From: Mobula hypostoma | Taxonomy: Eukaryota | Direction: 5' to 3' | Assembly: GCF_963921235.1 (NCBI RefSeq) | Contig: NC_086097.1 | Span: forward strand, 39,062,001-39,126,000 | Length of the DNA stretch: 64,000 bases | In this document: positions 13,045 to 25,317 of the stretch, in pieces | How positions within the stretch are numbered: the stretch's first letter is position 1 | Layout of the letters: each line of letters begins with the position of its first letter | Notes under the pieces: model-generated | Databases searched by the model: none | Seen by the model: the letters and a program-made list of their open reading frames with translations, nothing else | What the model was told of the DNA's origin: nothing | Translations under genes and position numbers: made by a program

Positions 13045-13501
13045 AATTATTTTTAATAACTGTAATAAATTTAAACCAATTTGTAGTAATTTGTTTTCAC
13101 TTTGACATGAAAGAGTCTTTTCTATTGATATATGTCAAAAAAAGCCCAATTAAATCCACTGTGATTCAATGTTGTAAAACAAAAAAAAAACAAACTTAAA
13201 AGGGGGATGAATAGTTTTTATAGGTACTGTCTGTGCAGTTATACCCTGCTTTTGAGACCCAACATAAAATAAAGATCTCTTACCCTGGGCACGATCTTCA
13301 GGTATGTCCACATCAGCAGTAAATATGATTGCTATAAGTTACTGGAGCATTTTGAAGTAAGTGTCAATTTTCAGGAAACTAGTTTTTGTCTTAATTCCTT
13401 CTCTTGGAATGACGTTAGTGGCAGTCTGGTCTGTTTGAACAAAATACTTTTTAAGATCTCCTTTGTCTTGGAACAGCCATTAATTGTTTTCTATTTCCCA
13501 G

Positions 13502-13576
13502 ACTCATGGTGGCTTATGATGATCACCAACAGCTTTTAAGAGATCAGGAGTCCTTGAAAAGAAAAGCGGAAAATGG
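13502..13576 (+). CDS. PRPF39: PRPF39 exon (RLMVAYDDHQQLLRDQESLKRKAENG) ending at a GC donor
   Basis: CCCAG acceptor; GG|GCAAGT keeps frame with the next exon, whereas the GT 4 nt downstream does not. Confidence 0.9.
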
Positions 13577-14149
13577 GCAAGTATTGTCTTTTTTCCCTCA
13601 TGAAAATACTTAAACAACAATAGATTAAAATTGATTTAGGAATCCAAAATATTAGTGACATACAGTCATTCTGATTGTGTTAGTTAAGTCGTCTCTTTCC
13701 TAAGGGACTTCTTTTGGTGTTACCAGTGATCATCTCATTACAAGGGCTTCATCAGACAATTTTCAAAACAAGAATTGCCTTTGGCTGTAATGCTGCTTGT
13801 GAGTAGCGTACAGAGTATCTAGTTCTTCAGGGACATGAAAGTGCTGAAGCTGGAATCTGAAAAAGCAAACAATCTGCTGGAAGAACTCAGTGGATTCAGC
13901 AGTATCTGTAGAAGAATGAACTAAGTGCCTTTTGATGTACATTTAGTTAGGGAGAATTGAACCCTATCCTTTAAGTCTTAAATGATGACAGAATTTGTTA
14001 GGTAGTGGAATATAGATGAGACAGGAAAAGAGAGCCATCAGACTGTGAGTTCCGAGGCCAACAATGATAGGTTTTGATTTTTTTGCTTGTTTTCTAACCT
14101 GAGTACAAATATAAAAATGATGTTCTAACTTGCCCAGTCTAATAAGATT

Positions 14150-14900
14150 CTAATAGAGTAATAGAGTTGTGCAGCAAAGAAAGGGGTCTTTTTGGCCCAA
14201 CTCATCGATGCTGACTGATTTCTGTTGATCTTAATTCTATTTGCTGTCATTAGATCATATCCCTCTTCTCCTTTCCTCTCCAAGTGTCTATCCATATGTT
14301 TTTTTAAAATGTTGTATTTTTCTCTGAGAGCTCATTCCAGATATTCACCACGCTCTGAGGAAAACCTTTCCCTTCGATCTCCTTTAAATTTCTTCCTTAA
14401 ACCTATCACCTCTAGTTTAGACCCCTCTTTCTCCACCCCCATCCTAGACTCTAAATTTATAAACTCGTTCAGTCCTCTACATTCCGGTGACTTAACACCT
14501 TCATTTCCAGGAAATGTTATGCTGACTCTGTGGTTTTTACTAATGCTGCCACATTGTTCCAGTAGTTTGGCAACCAGAGCGGTATACAATAGTCAAGGTG
14601 TTGACTGACCCCTGTTTTGTTTATCTGGAACATGATATCCCAGATTTGATATTCATTGCCATGGCCTAATAAGGCAAGCATGCTGAATGACATCTTCACT
14701 ACCCTTTTCACTTATGCTGCCATTTTCAGGGAGCTGTGAACTTGTACTTCAAGGTATCCTATACATCTATAGTCCTGAGTTTTCTGCCACTTACTGTGCA
14801 CATCCTGTTGGTTTTTTGATGTACCATAATGCTTTTCCTCAGGTTTTTCTAGATTAAATTACATCTGCCACGGCTCCACCCAAATTTCCATCAGATCCCT
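14150..14900 (-). mobile_element. Old CR1 3' fragment
   Basis: Remnants HLDYCIPLWLP and KFKGDRRERFSS; boundaries approximate. Confidence 0.6.
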
Positions 14901-15414
14901 TCATTTTCTTTCATCATAATCTTCACACACTACTATTTCTTCAATTCTCATATCATCACCATTCTGAAATCTGATGAGATGGGAATAAGTTGTTTCTAAA
15001 ACATAGTCTTCAGTCTCCTGAATGTATTAATGAGAAGAGAGTATGTTCTTAATGATGGTTGCTGTCTTTATTGAGGCACTGTCTTTTGAAGATTTCCTCT
15101 ATGTTTCGGGGGCTTATCTCCGCGATGGAGCTGAGTCCACAACAACCTCTTACTATCCTATGCATTGACATCTCCATACCAAACGGTGATGCAACCAGTC
15201 AGAATGCTGTCCATGGTACATCTAGAAACTTGGATCCCATGTACCCTAACTTTTTGGACCAGTTTATTGTACAACACTTTGTAAAACTGATTAAATATAT
15301 CTCCCTAATCTTAGAATGTGTTCTTGTAATCTTTGAGCAGCTAATGTAAATTTAGTATTTTAATTCCAAATTTTCATGGCAAATATCTTTGCTCATTTGT
15401 CTTAAATTTGACAG

Positions 15415-15532
15415 GTCAGAGGAACCAGAGGAAAAAAAGCAAAGAACTGATGCAACATTGGACTCTACCCAGCTGATGAGTGGGGACTTGCAGGCTAATT
15501 CAGCTGCATATAACTATAATGCTTGGTATCAG
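15415..15532 (+). CDS. PRPF39: PRPF39 exon (SEEPEEKKQRTDA...YNYNAWYQ)
   Basis: ACAG acceptor, CAG|GTGGGT donor; resembles the human C-terminal region. Confidence 0.93.
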
Positions 15533-16938
15533 GTGGGTAATCTCTGATCAAATTAAATTGCTAAAGAACTAATTTCTGACATGGAAAGATCATTGAATTT
15601 CTTTATCCAGCGTAATATTTTATTAATACATGTATTGCTGCAATTCTGAAAGAAAGAGAAATATTGTCTTGAATTTGGCTATTCTTTCTAACCTCTGGTA
15701 ATTGGTGACAGGGCAGTGACAGCAGTTGCACAGACCAAGTCAGACAGTGAGTTTACACACATCAATGCCAATCTCCCATTAAAATATAAAACAGGTATTC
15801 AACTTGCTCAACAGACCCTCAAGAATTTGGACTCCAATTTTCAACTTCAGTAAGGTTGGGGAGATGATCATGCTTGTGATATTTTATGGCTTCAGATGAC
15901 ATGCAAATTTTGAGATTTTTGAGTCTTGATAATCTAAATGTTAGCTTTTTGTTTGTCTTTAATATAATTACAAAGACCTAATTCTGTTTTCATATTGAGG
16001 AATTGGGCGTTTTGTCACATTAATGGGAAAACTAAAAGATTAAAAGATCAGCAGTTGCAAAATTGTATACTTAAAACAATTTATAATGTTGTGATCTGTC
16101 ACATACCTTCCATCAAGCCAAGCAATCAAATCTGGGTATATAAGGAAGGTCAACCTTGGGTAACAGAATGGGAATCAGGTTTATTATCACTGACATGTGT
16201 CATGAAAGCTGTTGTTTTGTGACAGCAGTGCAGTACAGATCATAAAAGTTAAAGTTATGACATAGAAGTTCAAAAATAAATAGCATGAAAGAGGAAAAGC
16301 GAGGTGGTGTTCATTGATTCATGGACTATTCAGAAATTTGATGGCGGAGGCGAAGAAACTGTTCCTAAAACGTTAAGTGTCCCTACAGTCCTTGATGGTA
16401 GTAATGAAGAGTTCATGACCCAGGTAGAGAGGATCCCTAATGATGAATGCCGACTGCCCAAGGTACCATCTTTTGAAGTTGTTATCTGTTAGGGAGGCCT
16501 GTGCACAAGATGGAGCCAGCTTAGTCCTCAACCCTCTGCAACTTCTTTCAGTGCTGCATATTGGAGCCTTCATACAAGGCAGTGGTGGAACCAGTCAGAA
16601 TGTTTTCCACTGCCCATCAGTAGAAATTTGCTCGAGTCTTTGGTGACATAACAAACTTCATCAAATTTCTAACGAATTATAGCTGCTGGCATGGTGCCTT
16701 CATAATTGCCTGAATGTGTTGGGCCAAAAATAGGTCCTCTGTTATTTACAGATATAGCGCAGAACAAGCCTTTCCGGCCCAACAACCCACAGCACCCAGC
16801 AGCCCACCAACTTAATCCTTGTTTAATCACAGACTATTTACAATAAGAAGTTAACCTACTAACCAGTACGTCTTTGGACTGTGGGAGAAAACCCACATTT
16901 TCATGGTGAGGATGTACGAACTTCTTGCAGAGGATAGC

Positions 16939-18258
16939 AACATAGAAACATAGAAAACCTACAGCACAATACAGGCCCTTCGGCCCACAAAGTTGTGCTG
17001 AACATGTCCCTACCTTAGAAATTACTAGGCTTACCTATAGCCCTCTATTTTTCTAAGCTCCATGTACCTATCCAAAAGTCTCTCAAAAAAGACCCTATCT
17101 TATTCGCCTCCACCACCGTTGCCAGCAGCCCATTCCATGCGCTCACCACTCTTGAGTAAAAAAAAAACTTACCCCTGACATCTCCTCTGTACCTACTCCC
17201 CAGCACCTTAAACCTGTGTCCTCTTGTGGCAACCATTTCAGTCCTGGGAAAAAGCCTCTGACTATCCACATGATCAATGCCTCTCATCATCTTATACACC
17301 TCTATCAGGTCCTCTCATCCTCTGTCGCTCCAAGGAGAAAAGGCTGAGTTCACTCAACCTATTCTCATAAGGCATGCTCCCCAATCCAGGCAACATCCTT
17401 GTAAATCTCCTCTGCACCCTTTCTATGGCTTCCACATCCTTCTTGTAGTGAGGCAACCAGAACTGAGCACAGTACTCCAAGTGGGGTCTGACCAGGGTCC
17501 TATATAGCTGCAGCATTACCTCTCGGCTCCTAAATTCAGTTCCACGATTGATGAAGGCCAATGCACCATACGCCGCCTTAACCACAGAGTCAACCTGCGC
17601 AGCTGCTTTGAGCATCCTATGGACTCGGACCCCAAGGTCCCTCTGATCCTCCACACTGCCAAGAGTCTTACTATTAATGCTATATTCTGCCATCACATTT
17701 GACGTACCAAAATGAAGCACCTCACACTTATCTGGGTTGAACTCCATCTGCCACTTCTCAGCCCAGTTTTGCATCCTATCAATGTTCCGCTGTAACCTCT
17801 GACAGCCCTCCACACTATCCACAACATCCCCAACCTTCGTGTCATCAGCAAACTTACTAACCCATCCCTCCACTTCCTCATCCAGGTCATTTATAAAAAT
17901 CACGGAGAGTAGGGGTCCCAGAACAGATCCCTGAGGCACTCCACTGGTGACCGACCTCCATGCAGAATATGACCCATCTGCAACCACTCTTTGTGGATCC
18001 AGAACTGGCTTGCCGACAGAAGGCAATGTCCCCTTGGATCCCATGCCTCCTTACTTTCTCAATAAGCCTTGCATGGGGTACCTTATCAAATGTCTTGCTG
18101 AAATCCATATACACTACATCTACTGCTCTTCCTTCATCAATATGTTTAGTCACATCCTCAAAAAATTCAATCAGGCCTGTAAGGCACGACCTGCCCTTTT
18201 CAAAGCCATGCTGACTATTCCTAATCATATTATACCTCTCCAAATGTTCATAAATCCT
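16939..18258 (-). mobile_element. 5'-truncated, relatively young CR1 LINE (RT region)
   Basis: ORF 17292..18044 with [24 protein letters not shown]; (CATAGAAA)2 tail; flanked by older minus-strand Rex1-like sequence. Confidence 0.92.
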
Positions 18259-20722
18259 GCCTTCTGGGTGCTGGAATTGAACTCTGAACTCTGACTGTAA
18301 TAGCATCCCACTAGCTGCTGCACTACTGTGTTGCACAGGAATTTGGAGTTACTCATCCTTTTCACTGCTGATTTGTTAATGAGGACTGGTGAGTGCTTTC
18401 CTGACTTCCCCGCACAATCTATTCCTTGGTCTTGCTGATGTTGAGAGCAAGGTTGTTGCAACACCACTCAGCCAGCCAATCAAGCTCACTTCTGCATGCC
18501 TCCTTGGTGCTATGAGATTCTGCCATCAGTGGTTATCGGCAAATTTATAAATGGTGTTTGAGCTGTGTGTAACCTCTCGGTCATGAGTAGAGGAGTGGGC
18601 TAAGCATGTGTCTTTGTGCCTTTGTTGATTGTCAGTTAAGAGGTGCTATTATTACCAATCCACACAGGCTGTTGTTTCCTGATAAGCGTGAAGGCAAAGA
18701 TTGAGTTGTAGAGAAGGATACAGAGGCCCAGGTTTTAAAGCTTATTGATGAGCTCTAAGGGGATTATGGTGCTTAACACCGAACTATACTCAACGAGCAG
18801 CCTGCTGTATGTATTGCAGTTGTCAGGTACTCCAAAGCCTTGTAGAAACCTCGTGAGCCAGTGCCATTTTTACGAAAGTTCATAAATTGAAATGTACACC
18901 AAAAAAATCACTGGGTGTCTATAAATGGTGGACATATCCAATCCATCATTGGTGAAGTCCCCCCCACACTACCACATCCATAAGGAGCACTGCACAGGAG
19001 GGTAGCATCCAATATCAACGACCACCACCCCCCCCCACCACCACTACCACCACCACCATCCAGGCCATGCTCTCCTCACTGCTGTCATCAGGAAGGACAT
19101 ACAGAAGTCTTTGGTCCCACACCACCAGGTTCAGGACCAGTTATTACACCTGAATCATCAGGTTCCTGAACCAGAGTCGATAACTTCCCCTCACCCCAAC
19201 ATTGAACTGATTCCCCAACCTTTGGACTAATTTTCAAGAACTCCACAATTCATGGTCTCAATATTTTTTATTATTGCTTTATTATTATTTTCTAATTGGT
19301 TGTCTTTTGCACAGTAGTTGCATGCCATCTTTGTGTGTAATTTTGCATTGATTCTATTGTGTTTCATTGTATTTACTGTGAACGAATAAAGCATCTTGGG
19401 GTAGTATGAGTTGAGATAGGAAAAAAAAATCATGAATGCTGTTTCTGTTAGATTAATGCTTTATAAATATCCTGTCGTCTTTGAAGTCCAACTTATCGGC
19501 AACTGAGTGCAAAAGAGGTGATGGAGGCACTTAAAACTTGCAGCTGTTAAATGAACCATTTCGACCTCATGAAGTCCTTTAAAACAGAGGCATCAGCCTT
19601 AATTTTTGTTTGATTCACGTTTAATAAGGTTTTGTTGAGGAATCCCTCGGAGCAGAATCTAATATCATTGGTCTTTAATTGATTCAACAATGGCCATCTC
19701 CATCTATTCCAAAGCAAGGCTTTATGGCTGAGTTCAGTGTTCAGTTCTAATTACACTTCATCAGACAATGCAAATGCAACGCAAGTTGTATGTGAACTTG
19801 TGCATCACAAGTGATATTTGCACAGACAAGTTGCCTCCAACATCATTCCCTTATAATGTGCCCAATTCCCCAACGACATCTAGCAGGGATTACCACTGTC
19901 TTAAAACTTAATCCCAACCAGTCATTGTCATAATTAGAAGTCAAAGCTGGTAATTTTGTGTCAACTTGTAATTTGGCTTTCTAATTACTTTACAAGCTGC
20001 TGGTTAGAAGTATGTGGTTCTTGATGAGTGGCAGGGCAGTATGATAGCCTAGTGGTTAGTGTAACGATGTTACAGTGCTAGTGATCACTGATCAGGGTTC
20101 AATTCCACCACTACCTGTAAGTTCTTCCCATGACAGAGTGGCTTTCACGAGAGTGCTTCAGTTTCATCCAACATGCCAAAGATATTTGGTCAGGGTTACT
20201 GAGTTGTGGGTATGCTATGTTACTGCTGGAAGTGTAGCAATACTTGCAGGCTGCCCAACACAATTGTCATTGGCTTGATTTGAAGCAAGTAATGCCTCTC
20301 ACTATATGTTTCAATGTACATGTGACAAATAAAGCTGATCTTTATCTTGAGTGCAACTGTAGGCTTGACACCATTCATATGGTGGGCCGTAACCAGTAGC
20401 CCATCTGTTGAAGCTGACTGCCCTGTCTCTGACTTGCTTAGCATTTAAAAACTTCCTCTCATTTAATACAAATAGATATTGTGTGGGAGATGATAAAATA
20501 TCATTGGAAAATGAGGGTTTCTCATCAAAAGTTAGTGCTACAACATTGACATTTCAAATAGACTTTTGTGTACAGTTGAATGTTGATTTTGATTGGAATA
20601 CCTAAACTTCATATTGGATGCACAAACTGGAATGACCACCATCTATTTTTGATCGTTGTTTTGGGAAATTACAAATTACTGTTGCTAAATATTTAACCAG
20701 TATTTGTTTTCTTCTCCAACAG

Positions 20723-20779
20723 TACAACTATCAGACACCCTGGAACTATGGGCAGTATTATCCACCACCTTCTACATAA
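20723..20779 (+). CDS. PRPF39: PRPF39 last coding exon (YNYQTPWNYGQYYPPPST*)
   Basis: Pyrimidine tract plus CAG; TAA at 20777-20779; AATAAA at 20882-20887 in an AU-rich 3'UTR. Confidence 0.95.
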   Translation, partial: YNYQTPWNYGQYYPPPST

Positions 20780-21305
20780 TTTTCTGGTACTTACCATGGG
20801 CATGAAGAATTTCTCTTTTTGTTTAAGAATACTGCGTTTTAATGGATGTCACCCAAAATTGTGGAATTATTTTTTTCAATGAATAAAGCTGGGAAAAATG
20901 TTTAATGAAAAATACTTGAGGTCAGGCATGGTTTGTATTCACATAAATGAATTCTCGTATCTTTTTGGAAGTTTTTTTAAAATTCTCCTTTAATTTGTTA
21001 ATAGGGAAAAATGTCTTTAAAGTGTTACAGAATACTACTGGTATAGTTTCTTAATTGCCAATTTTGTGCGAACGTAAATTTTTGGAAAGTTACTGAGAAA
21101 ATATGTAATTAATTTCAAAGTACGCTAGTGTACTTGTAATTCTAAGAGGTTAACTTCAAAGAAGTATTTTTTTTGGATTAAATTAAAGTATCATTGCATA
21201 TCTGGGAGTCTTGACTTTTCATGCATAAGTGTCAGTTGTTTCGTGAATGTTATTAGTCATCTTAAACTTAGTAAGCAATGGGATATTGCAGATATTTCCT
21301 AACTA

Positions 21306-22906
21306 CAAACCCCATTTCCAGAAAAGTTGGGATATTTTCCAAAATGCAATAAAAACAAACATCTGTGATATGTTAATTCATGTGAATGTTTATTTAACTG
21401 ACAAAAGTACAAAGAAAAGACTTTCAATAGTTTTACTGACCAACTTAATTGTATTTTGTAAACATACACAAATTTAGCATTTGATGGCTGCAACACACTC
21501 AACAAAAGTTGGGACAGACTTAAAATAAGATTGAAAAGTGCACAGAATGTTCAAGGAACACCGGTTTGGAAGACTCCACATTAAGCAGGCTAATTGGTAG
21601 CAGGTGAGGTATCATGACTGGGTGTAAAAGTAGCGTCCATCAAAGGCTCAGTCTTTGCAAGCAAGGATGGGTCGTGGCTCACTCCTTTGTGCCAAAATTC
21701 ATGAGAGGATTGTTAGTTCAAAAGGAACATTCCTCAATGCAAGATTGCAGAGAATTTAGGTCTTTCAACATCTACAGTACATAATATTGTGAAAAGATTC
21801 AGAGAATTCAGAGACATCTCAGTGCATAAAGGGCCAGGTCGGAAACCGCTGTTGAATGCGCGTGATCTTCGTGCCCTCAGGCGGCACTGCCTAAGAAACC
21901 ATCATGCTACTGTGACAATTATAGCCACCTGGGCTCGGGAGTACTTTGGAAAACCATTGTCACTCAACACAGTCCGTCGCTGCATCCAAAAATGCAACTT
22001 GAAACTGTATTACGCAAGGAGGAAGCCATACATCAACTCTATGCAGAAACGCCGGCGAGTTCTCTGGGCCCGAGCTCATCTCAGATGGACCGAAAAACTG
22101 TGGAACCATGTGCTGTGGTCAGATGAGTCCACATTTCATCTAGTTTTCGGAAAAAACAGGCATCGAGTTCTCCGTGCCAAAGTTGAAAATGACCATCCAG
22201 ATTGTTATCAGGGAAAGGTGCAAAAGCCAGCACCTGTGATGGTATGGGGGTGCATCAGTGCCCACGGCATGGGTGAGTTGCATGTACGTGAAGGTACCAT
22301 TGACTCTGAGGCGTATATTAGGATTTTAGCGAGACATATGTTGCCATCAAGGCGACGTCTCTTCCCGGGACGTCCATACTTATTTCAGCTGGGCAATGCC
22401 AGACCACATTCTGCACGGGCTACAACAGCGTGGCTTTGTAGACACAGAGTGTGTGTGCTTGACTGGCCTGCTGCCAGTCCAGATCTATCTCCTATTGAAA
22501 ATGTATGGCGCATCATGAAGAGGAGAATCAGACAACGGAGACCACGAACTGTTGAGCAGCTGAAGTCTTACATCAAGCAAGAATGGACAAAATTTCCATT
22601 TGCAAATCTACTACAATTAGTATCCTCAGTTCCAAAACGATTAAAAAGTGTTATGAACAGGAAAGGTGATGTAACACAATGGTAAATATGCCTCTGTCCC
22701 AACTTTTGTTGAGTGTGTTGCAGCCATCAAATTCTAAATTTGTGTATGTTTACAAAATACAATTAAGTTGGTCAGTAAAAGCGATTGAAAATCTTTTCTT
22801 TGTACTTCTGTCAGTTAAATAAAGGTTCACATGAATTAACATATCACAGATTTTTGTTTTTATTGCATTTTGGAAAATATCCCAACTTTGCTGGAAATGG
22901 GGTTTG
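21306..22906 (+). mobile_element. Full-length Tc1-family transposon (1601 bp) with ~213-bp TIRs
   Basis: TA|CAAACCCCATTTCCAG...CTGGAAATGGGGTTTG|TA; inner and outer repeats AAAAGTTGGGA. Confidence 0.96.
21667..22685 (+). pseudogene. Tc1 DD34E transposase, inactivated
   Basis: ATG at 21667 is out of frame with ORF 21789..22685; WSDES and SPDLSPIE are intact; the second Asp reads Gly (FQLGNARPH); 34-residue spacing counted. Confidence 0.9.
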
Positions 22907-23299
22907 TACTTTAGACTACTTTGTTCAAAATTAAACATTGTTTCTGTAAGAGCAGTTCAATGCAATTTTCAGATCAGTTTTATTAAAGGGATTTCTAATA
23001 GCTATAATCTGCTAGCAGTATCATAAAATGTTCATTCAAATGTGCCATTTTAAGTCCCAGTATAATAAATTTATGGTGAACACTAGAATTTTTTTTTCTT
23101 AGTCTTAGGGTGTCAGGTGAACAATAGTTAACATGGATTGTCAGGAACAAAACAGGGTAAACCTGTGGATTTAAGGGAATTATTTTTGGGGTAGGGAAGG
23201 TCACTCTGTTCTAGAAGAATGCAATTATTTGAATCAAATGGCTTTCCTTAATGGAAATTGGTTGTATTACTATATCAATATTATATTTGATGTTCAAAG

Positions 23300-24380
23300 T
23301 AAATTTATTATCAAAGTACATATATTGTATGTCACCATATCCAACCCTGAGGTTTGTTTTCTTGTGGGTATATTCAGAAAATTCAAGAAACATAGAATCA
23401 ATGAAAGACTACGCCCGACTGGCTGAACAAACAACCAATGTGCAAATCTGCAATTACAAAAGAAAAAATAATAAATAAGCAATCAATATTGAGAATGTAA
23501 GATGAAGAATCCTTGCAAGTGAGTTCATTAGTTGTGGGAACAGTTCAGTGATGGGAGGAGTGAAGTTATCCTTACTAGTTCAGGAGCCTGAGAGTTGTAG
23601 GGTAATAACTGTTTATGCACCTGGTTGGTGTGGGTCCTGAGGTTCCTGTACCACCTTCCTGATGACTGCATCGAGAAGAGAACATGGCCAGGGTGGTGGG
23701 GGTCCTTGATGGATGCTGCTTTCCTGCGACAGCGCTCAGTGTAGATGTGCTCACTGGTGGGGAAGGCCTTACCTTGATGGAATGGGCTGTATCCACTAAT
23801 TTTTGAAGGCTTTTCCATTCAAGGGCATTGGTGATTCCTTACCAGGATGTGATGCAGCCAGTTGCCACACATCTATCAAAGTTTGTCAGTTTTATATATC
23901 ATGCCAAATCTTTGGAAACTTCCAAGTAGAGATGCTGCCGTGCTTTCTTCTTAATTGCACTTGCATGCTCAGACCAGGACAAATCCCCTGAAATGATAGT
24001 GCTGATAAATTTAAAGTTGCTGGCTCGCTTCACTTCTGATCCCCCAATGAGAACTGGCTCATAGACATCCTGTTTCCTCCTCCTGAGGTCAATAACCAGC
24101 TCCTTGGTCTTACTGACGTTGAGTGAAAGGTAAGTTGTTGTGGCACCACTCAGCCAGATTTTCAGTCTCCCTCCTACATGCTGATTTGTCACCACCTTTG
24201 ATTCAGCCAACAACAGTATTGGCATTGGAGCTGTGCCCAACCTCACAGTCAAAAGTATAAAGCAAGTAGAGCAGAAGCTGTACCTGTGGAGATGTGTTGC
24301 CAACCCAAACTCTCTCGTGTCTGCAAGTTAGCAAATCAAGGGTCTAGTTGCACAAGAAGGTAATAAGGAAAAGGTCTTAA
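23300..24380 (-). mobile_element. Decayed Rex1/Babar-like LINE 3' part
   Basis: LSLNVSKTKELVIDLRR, DLSWSEH, KDPHHPGH remnants. Confidence 0.75.
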
Positions 24381-25281
24381 AGTAACTTGGCGAAATTTGT
24401 TCCATTGTGGCATGCTTAAGCCAAAGCAAAAGTAACCCTACAATTGTTAAGAGAAAGTTTAGTCCAAAATTTCCCTGTAAAGAAGGTCAGCTGAAAATTG
24501 CTTACAGCACACAAGAGAAAAGTTGTAAATCATAGTTCTTCAGGTTATGATTCCTGTGAACTCATTTAATATACACTTCTTTGCAATAATTTTTTTTCCT
24601 GATGAAAGAAAACTATTCTTTCGTCCTTATTACCTCTTAGTAGTTGAAGCCCAGGATTATTATGTGTTTTATTAATTGATGAAGCCATCTGAACATTACA
24701 ATTTGAAATGTACAAATGAATTTAGTCCTTTTTAGAATTCATCTTTTAGGCAGGAAAAACATCCATTTTATAACATCTCTATTTGACCTTCCATTTTCTA
24801 AATCTGTTTTCTTTGCAACTGTACACCATGTTAACACTGCTGAGTGGTGCAAAAATAAATCCTTTTTTTTAAAAAAAAAATTTGTGATGCTTCTGATTCT
24901 TGTAATAACTGTATAGCAGGATACTACATGGCAAGAGTGAGCAGTCAAAGTTTTAATTCAAACAGCATCTTTGAAGCTTAAGTTTAAATAGTCTTGTTAT
25001 CAGTTGAAAGGGGGAAAAAGCCAGAATAAGGAAGGAGTACAAGCTGGAAGGTGATGGGGTATCCAGGTGTGAAGGAAGACAGGTAAGAGGGAGATGATGT
25101 GGAAAAACTGGAAGGCAATAGTGGGGAAAAAGTAGAAGTGTTAATTCTCTTTCAAGAGTTACTCCAGCACTAAATATGGTTGTACACAACAGGAATTCTG
25201 CAGATGCTGGAAATTCAAGCAACACACATCAAAGTTGCTGGTGAACGCAGCAGGCTAGGCAGCATCTCTCGGAAGAGGTAC

Positions 25282-25317
25282 AGTCGACGTTTCAGGCCAA
25301 GACCCTTCGTCAGGACT
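25282..25317 (-). ncRNA. Minimal type I hammerhead ribozyme motif (3' pLTR)
   Basis: AGUC-CUGACGA-A-GGGUCUUGGCCU-GAAAC-GUC-GACU: conserved core, stem I AGUC/GACU, palindromic ACGU stem III. Confidence 0.75.

Larger units (their letters stand above)
8258..13229 (+). mobile_element. Degenerate Tc1 DNA transposon split by a CR1 insertion
   Basis: TA|CAGTGCCTATAAAAAGTATTCA with matching inverted end at 13229; transposase remnants HDGGCILLWDCF and QSLDLNSIKNLW. Confidence 0.88.
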
